From assembly GCA_052034955.1 (NCBI GenBank), contig JBPOHZ010000009.1:1-58690 (forward strand): a DNA stretch of 58,690 nucleotides, in the 5' to 3' direction. Shown piece after piece: positions 34,955 through 44,584 of this stretch. The stretch comes from Candidatus Saccharimonadota bacterium (lineage in GTDB: Bacteria; Patescibacteriota; Saccharimonadia; Saccharimonadales; AWTP1-31). Positions within the stretch are counted from its first letter, which is position 1. The number at the start of each line of letters is the position of its first letter. The notes beneath the pieces are model-generated. The model saw only the letters and a program-made list of their open reading frames with translations. It ran no database searches and was not told where the DNA came from. The translations under genes were made by a program, and so were the position numbers.

Positions 34955-35862
34955 TGGATATATTAGTTATTGGCGGTGGTATATCTGATGAACGCAGCGT
35001 ATCTTTAAGATCCGCAAAATCAGTTGCCGTATCGCTCGAGCAATCCGGGCATAAAGTTAAGCTGTACGACTGGGATGGGAGCCAAGGGTGGTTACGAGAC
35101 AATCTGGATAAGTTCGATGTTGTATTCCCGGTCCTTCACGGAGTTGGTGGTGAGGACGGACAGATCCAGTCTATTATCGAGGATTATTCCGTCGCTTATG
35201 TCGGAACAAGATCACAAGCATCAGCAAACTGTATGTCAAAAAGAATAACTCAAGCTACGCTAACCAGTAATGGTGTTTTGGTCCCAGATGGGTTAGTCGT
35301 AGATCTTGCGCAGTATAAGACTCACTCTTTACGACTTAAACCCCATGTACTTAAGCCAGTGAACGGTGGATCTAGTATAGACACATTGCTTATTGATGAT
35401 AGCTCTAAAATAAATGCCGATGACTTAGATAAACTATTTAACAAACACCAATCTATGTTGTTAGAAGAGCAGATAGTTGGGCAGGAGATCACGGTTCCAT
35501 ATTTACAGGGTAAGGAGTTGCCAGTGATAGAAATAATTCCGCCCGACGGTCAGGACTTTGATTTCGATAATAAATATAATGGCAAGACCCAAGAGTTATG
35601 TCCTCCCAAGAATATACCTAGTGACGTCCAGCAGAAGGCATCCAAACTGGCTAAACAAGTTCATCATATTATGGATTGTCGCCATTTTTCTAGAACAGAT
35701 ATGATAGTTAAAGACGGCCAGATTTATGTGCTGGAAATTAATACTATTCCAGGGATGACCGATCAAAGCCTGTTTCCAAAGGCGGCCAGTGTAGCCGGCA
35801 TGACAATGCCTCAATTAACAGACTATTTGGTAATAATAGCGAAGGAGGATGACAATGAATGA
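34954..35862 (+). CDS. ddl: D-alanine--D-alanine ligase
   Basis: GGISDERSVSLRSA, FPVLHGVGGEDGQIQ, ATP-grasp core and C-terminal LEINTIPGMTDQSLFPK. Confidence 0.9.
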   Translation: MDILVIGGGISDERSVSLRSAKSVAVSLEQSGHKVKLYDWDGSQGWLRDNLDKFDVVFPVLHGVGGEDGQIQSIIEDYSVAYVGTRSQASANCMSKRITQATLTSNGVLVPDGLVVDLAQYKTHSLRLKPHVLKPVNGGSSIDTLLIDDSSKINADDLDKLFNKHQSMLLEEQIVGQEITVPYLQGKELPVIEIIPPDGQDFDFDNKYNGKTQELCPPKNIPSDVQQKASKLAKQVHHIMDCRHFSRTDMIVKDGQIYVLEINTIPGMTDQSLFPKAASVAGMTMPQLTDYLVIIAKEDDNE

Positions 35863-36775
35863 TTATACCCAGATGAAAGTATTCTTTGGGAATGAACTTG
35901 TTGATTTTGGCGACGCGAATCTAAGTATAGCTAGCTCGGCCGTGTTATATGGACTTAGTGTATACACCGTTTTTTCGGTCAATAAAACCGAATCTGGGTT
36001 AGCCGGGTTTCGTTTACAAGAACATTACAAAAGGTTGGTCGAATCCTCGCACATTATCGGTATCGACACCTTTGCCAAAGAATGGACATACGATAAGTTT
36101 TTGGATGCCGTAACTAACTTAATAAAGACAAATAACGTAGACCAAGACGTCTTGGTTAGGGCAACGGTGCATGTTACCGAAATTGTGCCAGGCACCCGCT
36201 CCAGAGGCCTGCATACAAAGCTAAGTATGTTTATTTATCCGGCAAATTCGATACTTCCCAAGGACGGGTCTAGGCTTAAAAGCAGTGTCTGGAGAAGGGT
36301 TCCAGACAATGCCATTCCTGCCAGAGCTAAGGTAAACGGAGCTTATGTAAACTCGGTCCTTGCCAAGCAAGACGCCATAGATAGCGGATACGACGACTGC
36401 ATTTTCTTAGACGCCGCTGGGCACGTGTGTGAACTCTCGGCTGCCAATATCTTTATTGTGCGTGACAACAAGCTGATTACCCCAGACACCACCAGCGATC
36501 TTCTAGAAGGGATCAACCGGCGGACAATTATCGAAATCTGTAAGTCAGAAGGAATTGAAATTGTCGAAAGAACCGTCGACCTTACGGAGGTCTACATTGC
36601 CGACGAGGTTTTTGCCTGCGGGACATCTGCCTTTATAGCGCCAATTATTGAGGTTGATGCCCGCCAAATCAGCCAAGGTAAGACCGGTCCAATCACGGAG
36701 CAGATTGCTAAACTTCACGACGACATGCTGCATGGCAGAAATAAATACTCCGAGAAATACCTGAACTATCTTTAA
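35849..36775 (+). CDS. class IV PLP aminotransferase (branched-chain or D-amino-acid aminotransferase)
   Basis: Fold-type IV pattern: AKVNGAYVNSVLAKQDA...GYDDCIFLDAAGHVCELSAANIFIV...LITP....LLEGINRR. Overlaps the ddl 3' end by 14 nt. Confidence 0.8.
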   Translation: MTMNDYTQMKVFFGNELVDFGDANLSIASSAVLYGLSVYTVFSVNKTESGLAGFRLQEHYKRLVESSHIIGIDTFAKEWTYDKFLDAVTNLIKTNNVDQDVLVRATVHVTEIVPGTRSRGLHTKLSMFIYPANSILPKDGSRLKSSVWRRVPDNAIPARAKVNGAYVNSVLAKQDAIDSGYDDCIFLDAAGHVCELSAANIFIVRDNKLITPDTTSDLLEGINRRTIIEICKSEGIEIVERTVDLTEVYIADEVFACGTSAFIAPIIEVDARQISQGKTGPITEQIAKLHDDMLHGRNKYSEKYLNYL

Positions 36776-37644
36776 GCAGCAGCTTCCATTAATTGTAGGG
36801 GCCTGGTGTCTTCTATACTTGGATCAGTATTAAAGTGAAGCGAGTTAGCAAACATAACTAAAGCACGTCTAACAATTGGACTTGCTGAAGTTCTTTCTAA
36901 GTTTGGATTATTCACCCTGTGGTATCCGGGTCGGATAAAGGAGTAGGCGTCTTGATACTCTTTGGGCATGTATGACCAACCTTTTCCTGCAAAAAACTTT
37001 GCCTTACCTTCGCTGTGGCTTACAGGCACCAGGTCGGATCCATCCGTATTAGCGCCTATCTCGAGTCCTGGTTCTGTTTCGGCTAAAGCTAGTGTAAAGA
37101 CTGATCTATCAAAGTGACCTTTGGCTACTGGCTCGTTAGGATCCTTAGGTAACTCATACGCTAGAAGTCGTAGATGCACATTCAAAAGCTGTAGTGGGTC
37201 AAGAAAGGCTGGGGTCAATTGTGGATTTGTATGTTTCTGGGCAAACGTAAGATCTTCGTAAATACTATCCAAGGTCCGTTTTAAACAAGCTACACCCAGC
37301 CAGTAAACTGGTTCAACTCGGTCGCAGAATTCTCTTACCTCACTCGGGAGCCTATTCCAGCCATAGGCTTCAAAGGCTTGTCTGGTGTTAGTACCAAAGT
37401 GGTAAATATGTTTAGTGTCTGCGGCCGCACGACGACCATTCATTTCAGATCCCTCTACTCGGCGGAAGTATCCAAACTTACCAGTTGTCGATTGGTTGAT
37501 AATGTAGTCGCCCGCTATTTTATAGTCCATTGGAAGCGATAAAAATCCGTCGTAGGCTCCTAATGATAAATCAAGCTCCTGTTGCGTAGCTTCAAATCCT
37601 ACTTCGGCGAACCTTCTTTGGCTTAATTGTTCTTGAACTTGCAC
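36772..37644 (-). CDS. 2-oxoglutarate/Fe(II)-dependent oxygenase-superfamily-like protein
   Basis: Candidate facial triad HFD (AKGHFDRSVFTL) plus a distal His (GYHRV) and Arg (RRALVMF), in the order and spacing typical of the DSBH fold. Motif-level call only. Confidence 0.45.
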   Translation of the reverse strand: MQVQEQLSQRRFAEVGFEATQQELDLSLGAYDGFLSLPMDYKIAGDYIINQSTTGKFGYFRRVEGSEMNGRRAAADTKHIYHFGTNTRQAFEAYGWNRLPSEVREFCDRVEPVYWLGVACLKRTLDSIYEDLTFAQKHTNPQLTPAFLDPLQLLNVHLRLLAYELPKDPNEPVAKGHFDRSVFTLALAETEPGLEIGANTDGSDLVPVSHSEGKAKFFAGKGWSYMPKEYQDAYSFIRPGYHRVNNPNLERTSASPIVRRALVMFANSLHFNTDPSIEDTRPLQLMEAAA

Positions 37645-37734
37645 CTCTGCCTCCTATTTGTGTTGGTAGACATATTCTCGCGCTACATGTAGTGTTAATC
37701 TAGACACGGAGATTTTACTAAAAAATTCTTTACT

Positions 37735-38424
37735 ATGACTGTTCAGGGATTTGACCACTATATTCAACGAGAAATTTTTCTTAAGCTCAGGCAACATGAT
37801 GTTGCTCGTTATTCCGAATTAAATATTAAATCTATCGAATCCAGTCAGTTTATGTACCACTTAAAAGAGCTAATTCGTGCTGGTTTGGTTGAAAAGATTG
37901 GTAAAGGCCAATATCGGCTAACAGCAAAGGGGATAACATATAGTCAGAACTTTTCTACTGAGCAGAAGAACATTACTATTTCTCCGCTTACTTATAGCTT
38001 GATTTTCGCAAGATCGAATAAAGGCAATTGGCTTATCCTAAAGCGTAACAAACAGCCCTACATTAATCTGCTAGGCTGCCTTTCCGGAAAGGTTCACATG
38101 GAAGAGACTTTAACCGATGCCGCCAAACGGGAATGGGATACTAGCTATAATTCAAAGACTAATCCTGAAATGATCTACAAAGGCATGGTTTCTGTTTTGC
38201 TTAGAGATAATGAAAGAGTACTGACACATATTACGGGCCCAGTATGGTTTATAGATAATCTAAACGAAGATTGGCAGGAGTATGAGGCACCAAATGGAAC
38301 GCTTCTATGGGCCGACTGGACAAAAATACCATACGATCAATTTATTCCGGGTTGGAAAGAAATAATAGAAGCTATCGAAATCAGCAAACAACCGTTTTTG
38401 TTAGACCTAAGCTTTACCCTGTAA
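37735..38424 (+). CDS. winged-helix regulator fused to a degenerate Nudix-fold domain
   Basis: N-terminus YSELNIKSIESSQFMYHLKELIRAGLVEKIGKGQYRLT (wHTH). C-terminal region GKVHMEETLTDAAKREWDTS fits Gx5Ex7RE, but the catalytic EE is replaced by TS. Confidence 0.55.
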   Translation: MTVQGFDHYIQREIFLKLRQHDVARYSELNIKSIESSQFMYHLKELIRAGLVEKIGKGQYRLTAKGITYSQNFSTEQKNITISPLTYSLIFARSNKGNWLILKRNKQPYINLLGCLSGKVHMEETLTDAAKREWDTSYNSKTNPEMIYKGMVSVLLRDNERVLTHITGPVWFIDNLNEDWQEYEAPNGTLLWADWTKIPYDQFIPGWKEIIEAIEISKQPFLLDLSFTL

Positions 38425-38455
38425 AAACATCGGTGAATTCGGTATAATCAGTCAG

Positions 38456-40945
38456 ATGCAGCGATACAATCCAAAAGAGATCGAACCTAAATGGCAAAAG
38501 ATCTGGCAAGAAACTAACCTTTATACCGCTAACCTAAATAGCGACAAGCCTAAATACTTTGCTTTTAGCATGTTTAATTACCCGAGCGGTGATCTTCATG
38601 TTGGTCATGCCATGAACTACACCATTAGTGACGTCAAGGCTCGTTTTAAGAGGCAGCAAGGCTATGAGAGCTATCATCCGGTGGGCTGGGACTCATTTGG
38701 TTTGCCAGCCGAAAACTACGCTATTAAAAAAGAGATATCTCCTCAAGAGAGTATGGCCGTTCTGATTCCAGGCTATCGTACAAAATATCAAGCCATGGGC
38801 TGGAGCAACGACTGGGAAAAAGAAATCACTACCAGCGAGCCAGAATACTATAAGTGGACTCAATGGATATTTATCAAAATGCACGAGCAAGGGCTAGCTT
38901 ACCAAGATAGCCGATGGCAGTGGTGGTGTACTATGTGTCAAACAGTGTTAGCTAACGAACAAGTTATTGATGGCAAGTGCTGGCGCCATGACGGTCTGGA
39001 CGATCCAATTGTCGAAAAGAAAGAAGTTAAGCAATGGTTCTTTAAGATCACCGATTACGCCGATGAATTGCTGGAAGCCACCGATAGCTTAGACTGGACG
39101 GAGAGTGTTAAGCTGGCTCAGAAAAACTGGATCGGACGAAGTGAGGGAATAAATATTGAATACGAAGTAGTGGGTACTGATAAAAAAGTCACTTGCTTTA
39201 CTACAACACCTGTTAACTACGGTATGACATTCATTGTGATTGCTCCAGAGCACGATATGGTGCCCGTACTAACAACGCCAGATCAAAAAAAATCTGTTGA
39301 AGACTACGTCAGCCAAAGTATTAAAAAGACAAGTGTTGAGAGACAACAAGAGGGCAAAGAAAAAACAGGTGTATTTACTGGCTCGTATGCACTAAATCAG
39401 GTCACAGGAGAGAATGTCCCTATCTGGGTAGCTGATTTCGTTCTAGCTGAATTTGGTACCGGTGCCGTGCAGGGTTGTCCAGCGCATGATGAACGTGATT
39501 TTGAGTTTGCCAAAAAGTTTGGATTGCCAATTATACGCGTTGTCGAAGGACCCAATGGAGAGTCAGAGAGAGTAGTTGATCCTCAGAAAGAATCCGTTGA
39601 TCAGGTTAAGCTGAATAAAGGTATCAAAAGAAAGATGGTTAACTCGGAGCAGTTTAACGGCCTTATATTCGACGATGCTATGCAAAAGACCATGGACTAC
39701 TTCCATGATCAAGGCTGGGGTAAACGCATCGTCAACTATCGTATGCGCGACTGGAGTATCAGCCGGCAACGCTACTGGGGTGCGCCAATTCCGGTAGTTA
39801 ACTGTCCAGATTGTGGCCCGGTGGTCCTAAAGGAAGATCAGCTACCGGTTGTATTGCCAGAACTAACCGATTTCAAACCAAGTGGAGATGGTCGAAGTGC
39901 ATTGGCTAGGGCCAAGGACTGGCTGTTAACCACCTGTCCGGAGTGTGATGGCCCCGCCGAACGAGAGACCGATACCATGGATACGTACGTTGATAGTGCT
40001 TGGTATATGATGCGCTATGTCGATCCGCATAATCAATCGAAGATATTTGATACGGACCTTGTTAATAAGTGGTTGCCGGCAGATTTCTATAATGGCGGCG
40101 ATCATGCTACGGCTCATTTACTGTATGCCAGGTTCCTGGCTCGGTTCTTTACCAAGATAGGTCTTATGGATAATCCTGAGCCATTCAAACAGATGTTATA
40201 TAACGGTAAGGTTGCAGCCAAAGATGGCAGCAAGTTTAGTAAAACACTAGGCAATGGACCCGACCCCTTAAAGATAATCGAGCAAGGCTATGGTGCTGAT
40301 GCACTAAGAACCTATCTGATGTTTGCCGCGCCACTAGAGCTGGGTGCACGTTGGGATGAGCAGGGTGTTCCGGGAACGCACCGATTTTTAGCAAGAACAT
40401 GGAATATAACTCAGGAATATCTTGAAAACAAACCAGTAGAAGAAAACAAAGACCAGGCTAAGCAAGTCCTATCGGTGGTTCATAAGGCAACAAAAAAGAT
40501 TACCGACGATCTAGAAGAGAGTCGTTATAATACTGCAATTGCTGCCTCCATGGAAGCCGTTAATAAGTTGTATCTACTTAAAACAAAGATACCTTTCGGC
40601 AAGAGTTCTCATTGGCAAGAAGCACTAGAATCAATTGCCATGCTGATTGCCCCATTTGCTCCACACACCGCCGAAGAACTCTGGCAGCAACTTGGTCATA
40701 GCGACAGTGTAAATAAAGATCATTGGCCAGAAGTTAAGGACGAGTTTTTACAAGACGAAACAATCACCATAGTCGTGCAAGTTAATGGTAAGATTAGGGC
40801 GCAGTTGCAGGTTGCTAGTGATTACTCTAAAGAGGTTATTATAGAGCTGGCCAAGAATGATGAACACGTTAAGTCATTTATTGACGGCAAAGATACCAAA
40901 AAAGAAATATTTGTCCCCGGTAAACTCGTTAACTTGGTAGTGTAG
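38456..40945 (+). CDS. leuS: leucyl-tRNA synthetase
   Basis: HIGH-type motif (PSGDLHVGHAMNY), CP1 editing domain and KMSKS-type motif (KFSKTLGN). 829 aa. Confidence 0.95.
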   Translation: MQRYNPKEIEPKWQKIWQETNLYTANLNSDKPKYFAFSMFNYPSGDLHVGHAMNYTISDVKARFKRQQGYESYHPVGWDSFGLPAENYAIKKEISPQESMAVLIPGYRTKYQAMGWSNDWEKEITTSEPEYYKWTQWIFIKMHEQGLAYQDSRWQWWCTMCQTVLANEQVIDGKCWRHDGLDDPIVEKKEVKQWFFKITDYADELLEATDSLDWTESVKLAQKNWIGRSEGINIEYEVVGTDKKVTCFTTTPVNYGMTFIVIAPEHDMVPVLTTPDQKKSVEDYVSQSIKKTSVERQQEGKEKTGVFTGSYALNQVTGENVPIWVADFVLAEFGTGAVQGCPAHDERDFEFAKKFGLPIIRVVEGPNGESERVVDPQKESVDQVKLNKGIKRKMVNSEQFNGLIFDDAMQKTMDYFHDQGWGKRIVNYRMRDWSISRQRYWGAPIPVVNCPDCGPVVLKEDQLPVVLPELTDFKPSGDGRSALARAKDWLLTTCPECDGPAERETDTMDTYVDSAWYMMRYVDPHNQSKIFDTDLVNKWLPADFYNGGDHATAHLLYARFLARFFTKIGLMDNPEPFKQMLYNGKVAAKDGSKFSKTLGNGPDPLKIIEQGYGADALRTYLMFAAPLELGARWDEQGVPGTHRFLARTWNITQEYLENKPVEENKDQAKQVLSVVHKATKKITDDLEESRYNTAIAASMEAVNKLYLLKTKIPFGKSSHWQEALESIAMLIAPFAPHTAEELWQQLGHSDSVNKDHWPEVKDEFLQDETITIVVQVNGKIRAQLQVASDYSKEVIIELAKNDEHVKSFIDGKDTKKEIFVPGKLVNLVV

Positions 40946-41414
40946 TCGTAGTTGTTGGGATTGTCCTCTGCTCTAGCTCAAACTCTTTTTTTAAAAATTC
41001 TAATTTCATAAAAGTGTCATATCCACACGGTTCAAGGGTGCCACCCTGGCTTATGTGAATAACTTGCTCGTCGCTAAGTACGCCGGTAAGTTTATAAGCT
41101 GCTTCAATTGGGTCATCATCAAAGTCACGGTAATCGTATTCACTGCAATACTCGTCAGGTGCGTTTGATCGATTAATGGCGCAACTTATTACTCCAACCG
41201 GCAAGGCGGTTAGCGCGACAACCGCAAATCCGCACTTGATAATTGCTTTTCTGCCGACAGATCGCCATCTATCGTGATGTTCGTCGGTAATCCTTCCAGG
41301 TAGATGTTCTCGTTTAATTGTGGTGCACCACCAGCTTCCGACTCGAACATCAAAAGAGTTGGTATTCCCAGTGAGGCTGGTGCCTATATTTTCTAAGTCT
41401 TTGTTTCTGGGCAT
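40929..41414 (-). CDS. hypothetical membrane-anchored protein
   Basis: 161 aa with one TM segment (FAVVALTALPVGVISCAI). The 3' end overlaps leuS by 17 nt. Confidence 0.45.
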   Translation of the reverse strand: MPRNKDLENIGTSLTGNTNSFDVRVGSWWCTTIKREHLPGRITDEHHDRWRSVGRKAIIKCGFAVVALTALPVGVISCAINRSNAPDEYCSEYDYRDFDDDPIEAAYKLTGVLSDEQVIHISQGGTLEPCGYDTFMKLEFLKKEFELEQRTIPTTTTTLPS

Positions 41415-41460
41415 TAGGCTAGGCTAACTAAAAACTTTAGCTTCGTCAATTAACTAAGCT

Positions 41461-41904
41461 TTAGATATAACGACAATTAGGTTCGGTGATTGGTCGATCT
41501 ACCAAAGTAGTAAGTCTGGCATTTCTAGAAGCGTCTCCAACTACATCAGATACTTTTCCGCCACTTAAAGTTGCAAAAGCATCAAGCAGTAAATCTTGAT
41601 CTTTATTATTCTCGTCATAGCGACCTAGATCATAGGCTAGAGTAAAATCATCAAGACCGTGACCATAAGGTAAGGTCATAGTTTCTACTACTGAAGATCC
41701 ATCAGGCATGACTGTTGTTTTTGGTACAAAAGAGCCACCAAGTGTATCTGTTGCGCAGGCATATACTGGCCCAGGCTTTGCTTCGACAACTTTATCATTC
41801 TGACATGAATTTATAGCCAAAAAGGAAATTGCAGTAGTAAGAACTGCTAAACCTAGGCGTTGTCTAGGGCTTCGGTCATAAAAACCAGGACTACGAATTT
41901 TCAT
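41461..41904 (-). CDS. hypothetical lipoprotein-like secreted protein
   Basis: 147 aa. Signal sequence ending in the lipobox-like LAINSC. Confidence 0.5.
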   Translation of the reverse strand: MKIRSPGFYDRSPRQRLGLAVLTTAISFLAINSCQNDKVVEAKPGPVYACATDTLGGSFVPKTTVMPDGSSVVETMTLPYGHGLDDFTLAYDLGRYDENNKDQDLLLDAFATLSGGKVSDVVGDASRNARLTTLVDRPITEPNCRYI

Positions 41905-42024
41905 ACAAAGATAATATCAGATTTATAACATGTTGTCAAGCACGGGTAATGCTTGTCATCAGAGGTGATCTGGGGTATACTTGGTTTAACTTTATTAACT
42001 AATAAACCAGGAGTCCTGTTTTCT

Positions 42025-42174
42025 ATGGGTAAACCAAAGAAGCGAACCAGTCCCCGTCGAACCGGCACCCGTCGAAGTCATCTTGTTCTAAAGTTGGCTC
42101 GTAAGGTTAATGGCAAATCGCCTGTTAAAATTTTCACGACCCGTCGTGAAAGTGCCAAAGTCCTCAGCAAATAA
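42025..42174 (+). CDS. rpmF: 50S ribosomal protein L32
   Basis: MGKPKKRTSPRRTGTRRSH matches the L32 N-terminal signature. AGGAG RBS at 42009-42013. The ORF track start at 41953 is upstream and unlikely. Confidence 0.85.
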   Translation: MGKPKKRTSPRRTGTRRSHLVLKLARKVNGKSPVKIFTTRRESAKVLSK

Positions 42175-42237
42175 CAAGCTGAGAGGGTTATAATGGTAAT
42201 GTCTACGACATGTGTAGACAGTTAGGATTTAACATAT

Positions 42238-42729
42238 ATGGCATCAAACCGTCATCTTGGCCGTATCTTGGCACTACAAACTCTTTACGAGTACGATTTT
42301 CGTAGTGACTGTAATGACACCGGCTTAGATCTTGCAGAAATCCTAGCCCGAAACCTAGATCGTTACAGTGAAACTGTCGAAGATCAGTCATTTGTCGCTA
42401 ATCTTGTTAATGGCGTAGCAAAACTTGGCGATAAACTAGACGCTGTTCTTCAACCTGTTGCTCCAGAGTGGCCACTAGACCAGATCGCACGGATGGATCG
42501 TCTAGTCCTACGGATGAGCTTATTCGAGCTTGTTAACGGCAGTGATGTACCACCAAAGGTAGTGATTAATGAAGCTGTTGAGCTCTCCAAAGCTTTTGGT
42601 GGCGAAAACAGCTCCAAATTTATTAATGGTGTGCTTGGAACAATCATGCGTAGCATAGAAGATAAATCGATAGATCTTCCTAAAGAGCTGCAATTCAAAC
42701 AAGTCGTACCAGTTGAGGCAAAATCATGA
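42238..42729 (+). CDS. nusB: transcription antitermination factor NusB
   Basis: R.LALQ.LYE..F pattern at the N-terminus and DRLVLRMSLFEL....VP.KVVINEAVELSKAFG...SSKFINGVLG. Confidence 0.9.
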   Translation: MASNRHLGRILALQTLYEYDFRSDCNDTGLDLAEILARNLDRYSETVEDQSFVANLVNGVAKLGDKLDAVLQPVAPEWPLDQIARMDRLVLRMSLFELVNGSDVPPKVVINEAVELSKAFGGENSSKFINGVLGTIMRSIEDKSIDLPKELQFKQVVPVEAKS

Positions 42730-43262
42730 AAAGACCTGCAAATCCAATCAAAGGCCCAATAAAGGGTCCATTCAATAAACCCTTCGACACATTTAAGAAG
42801 TATGTAAAAAGACGCCCTGCAATCAGTGAAGTTCTTAGGGAGCCAACTGCTGGTGGAGTAGTATTTAGGCGCACCAAGAATGATCAAATCGAGATCTTAA
42901 TGATCCAGGACGCCAAAGACCGTTGGACTATTCCCAAAGGTCATATGGAAGAGGGCGAAGACGCCAAAACTACAGCTCAAAGAGAAGTTGGCGAAGAGAC
43001 AGGCCTTAAAGAAGTAAAAGTGATCAGCTGGTTGGGGAAGATTAACTTTCGATATCGTCGAACCAATAGTTTGGTACTTATATCTCAAGAGATTTTTCTA
43101 ATTCAGGCTCTTGGGGATACCGACGACATTACCCCAGAAGATTGGATGAATGGCATTAAGTGGTTTCCGGCCAGTGAGGCGTTGGACAAAATAGAGTATG
43201 ATGACATACAAAAGTTAATACTATTAGCACTAAAGAAGATAAGGGACGAAAAACTAGGTTAA
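42726..43262 (+). CDS. NUDIX hydrolase
   Basis: Nudix box GHMEEGEDAKTTAQREVGEETGL. ATGA overlap with nusB. Confidence 0.85.
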   Translation: MKRPANPIKGPIKGPFNKPFDTFKKYVKRRPAISEVLREPTAGGVVFRRTKNDQIEILMIQDAKDRWTIPKGHMEEGEDAKTTAQREVGEETGLKEVKVISWLGKINFRYRRTNSLVLISQEIFLIQALGDTDDITPEDWMNGIKWFPASEALDKIEYDDIQKLILLALKKIRDEKLG

Positions 43263-43264
43263 AC

Positions 43265-43969
43265 ATGGACTATTCTGCATACAAAACATTTGCCCAAGAG
43301 GTCTTAGGCGTTGAATTTAAAGATATAGATTTGTTGGTCTGTGCATTTACGCACCGATCATATGTAAACGAGCATCGCAAGACAGCAACAAGTCATAATG
43401 AGAGACTTGAGTTTTTAGGTGATGCAGTGCTGGAGCTAGTAGTTACAAGCTATCTATACTCAAACTTTGATGAGCCGGAGGGCGTTCTTACAAACTGGAG
43501 GAGTGCTTTGGTTAGAACCGAGAGTATTGGAGCTGCGGCTGCCAAGGCCAACTTCGAACCATTGCTACGCCTTAGTCGAGGCGAAAAGCGCGGTACCGAC
43601 CGGGCTCGTGCTCAAATATTGGCTAATAGCTTCGAAGCAGTGGTTGGTGCACTTTACTTAGACCAGGGTTATGATGCTGCTAAAGATTTTATTCATAACA
43701 ACCTCATCACTACTTTCCAAGAGATTCTAGACACTGGTTCATGGATGGATCCTAAATCTCATTTCCAGGAAGCTGCCCAAAGTAAAGAAGGGGCAACCCC
43801 CGTTTATAAGGTTATCAGCGAAGAGGGACCGGATCACGACAAGGTTTTTACGGTTGGAGTCTATGTTAACGGTAAACTCAAAGGTCAGGGAACAGGGCCA
43901 AGCAAGCAAGCTGGCCAGCAGAAAGCCGCCGAAATCGGTCTAGCCTCATACCAAAACATCTCAGGTTGA
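43265..43969 (+). CDS. rnc: ribonuclease III
   Basis: Signature ERLEFLGDAVLELVV and a C-terminal dsRBD (PVYKVISEEGPDHDKVFTVGVYVNG). Confidence 0.95.
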   Translation: MDYSAYKTFAQEVLGVEFKDIDLLVCAFTHRSYVNEHRKTATSHNERLEFLGDAVLELVVTSYLYSNFDEPEGVLTNWRSALVRTESIGAAAAKANFEPLLRLSRGEKRGTDRARAQILANSFEAVVGALYLDQGYDAAKDFIHNNLITTFQEILDTGSWMDPKSHFQEAAQSKEGATPVYKVISEEGPDHDKVFTVGVYVNGKLKGQGTGPSKQAGQQKAAEIGLASYQNISG

Positions 43970-44062
43970 CAATAGGGGTCGTAATCTGTAAAATAGGTTT
44001 AAGAGTTTTTATTAATATAAAAGTTTTATAGAAATTTAGAAGAAAGAAAAGATAACTTACAC

Positions 44063-44497
44063 ATGCTAGCTATTCGAATGCAACGAACCGGACGTAAAGG
44101 ACACGCGATGTATCGCGTTGTAGTTCAGGAAAGCCGATTAACACCTACCAGTGGTAGGGTTGTGGCTCAACTAGGACATTACGACCCACATGCCAAGACT
44201 GTTGTTATTGATAAGGAAAAAGCTGCTACATACCTTAGCAATGGTGCTCAACCTTCAGAACGTGTTGCTGCTATGCTTAAGAAAGAAGGCGTTAAGTTAC
44301 CAGACTGGGTTGTAACTGCTGACAAAAAGACCAAAACCACCAAGAACGCCGAAAAACTTCGTAAGAACCAGCCAAAAGAAGAAAAAGTAGAAGAGCCAGC
44401 TGCAGAAGAGCCAGCTGAAGAAGTATCAGCCGAAGAACCTGCTACAGAAGAATCAACAGATACAGAAGCTGCTACCGAAGAAGAGACCAAAGAGTAG
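44063..44497 (+). CDS. rpsP: 30S ribosomal protein S16 with an acidic C-terminal extension
   Basis: MLAIRMQRTGRKGHAMYRVVV...GHYDP signature. About 55 extra Glu/Ala/Pro-rich residues. Confidence 0.9.
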   Translation: MLAIRMQRTGRKGHAMYRVVVQESRLTPTSGRVVAQLGHYDPHAKTVVIDKEKAATYLSNGAQPSERVAAMLKKEGVKLPDWVVTADKKTKTTKNAEKLRKNQPKEEKVEEPAAEEPAEEVSAEEPATEESTDTEAATEEETKE

Positions 44498-44584
44498 AAA
44501 TCTTTGTCCAAAACATAGAACCCTGGAGTGATCCAGGGTTTTTGCTATAATAATACCTATACCGTATAAACAGGAGTTTCCGAA

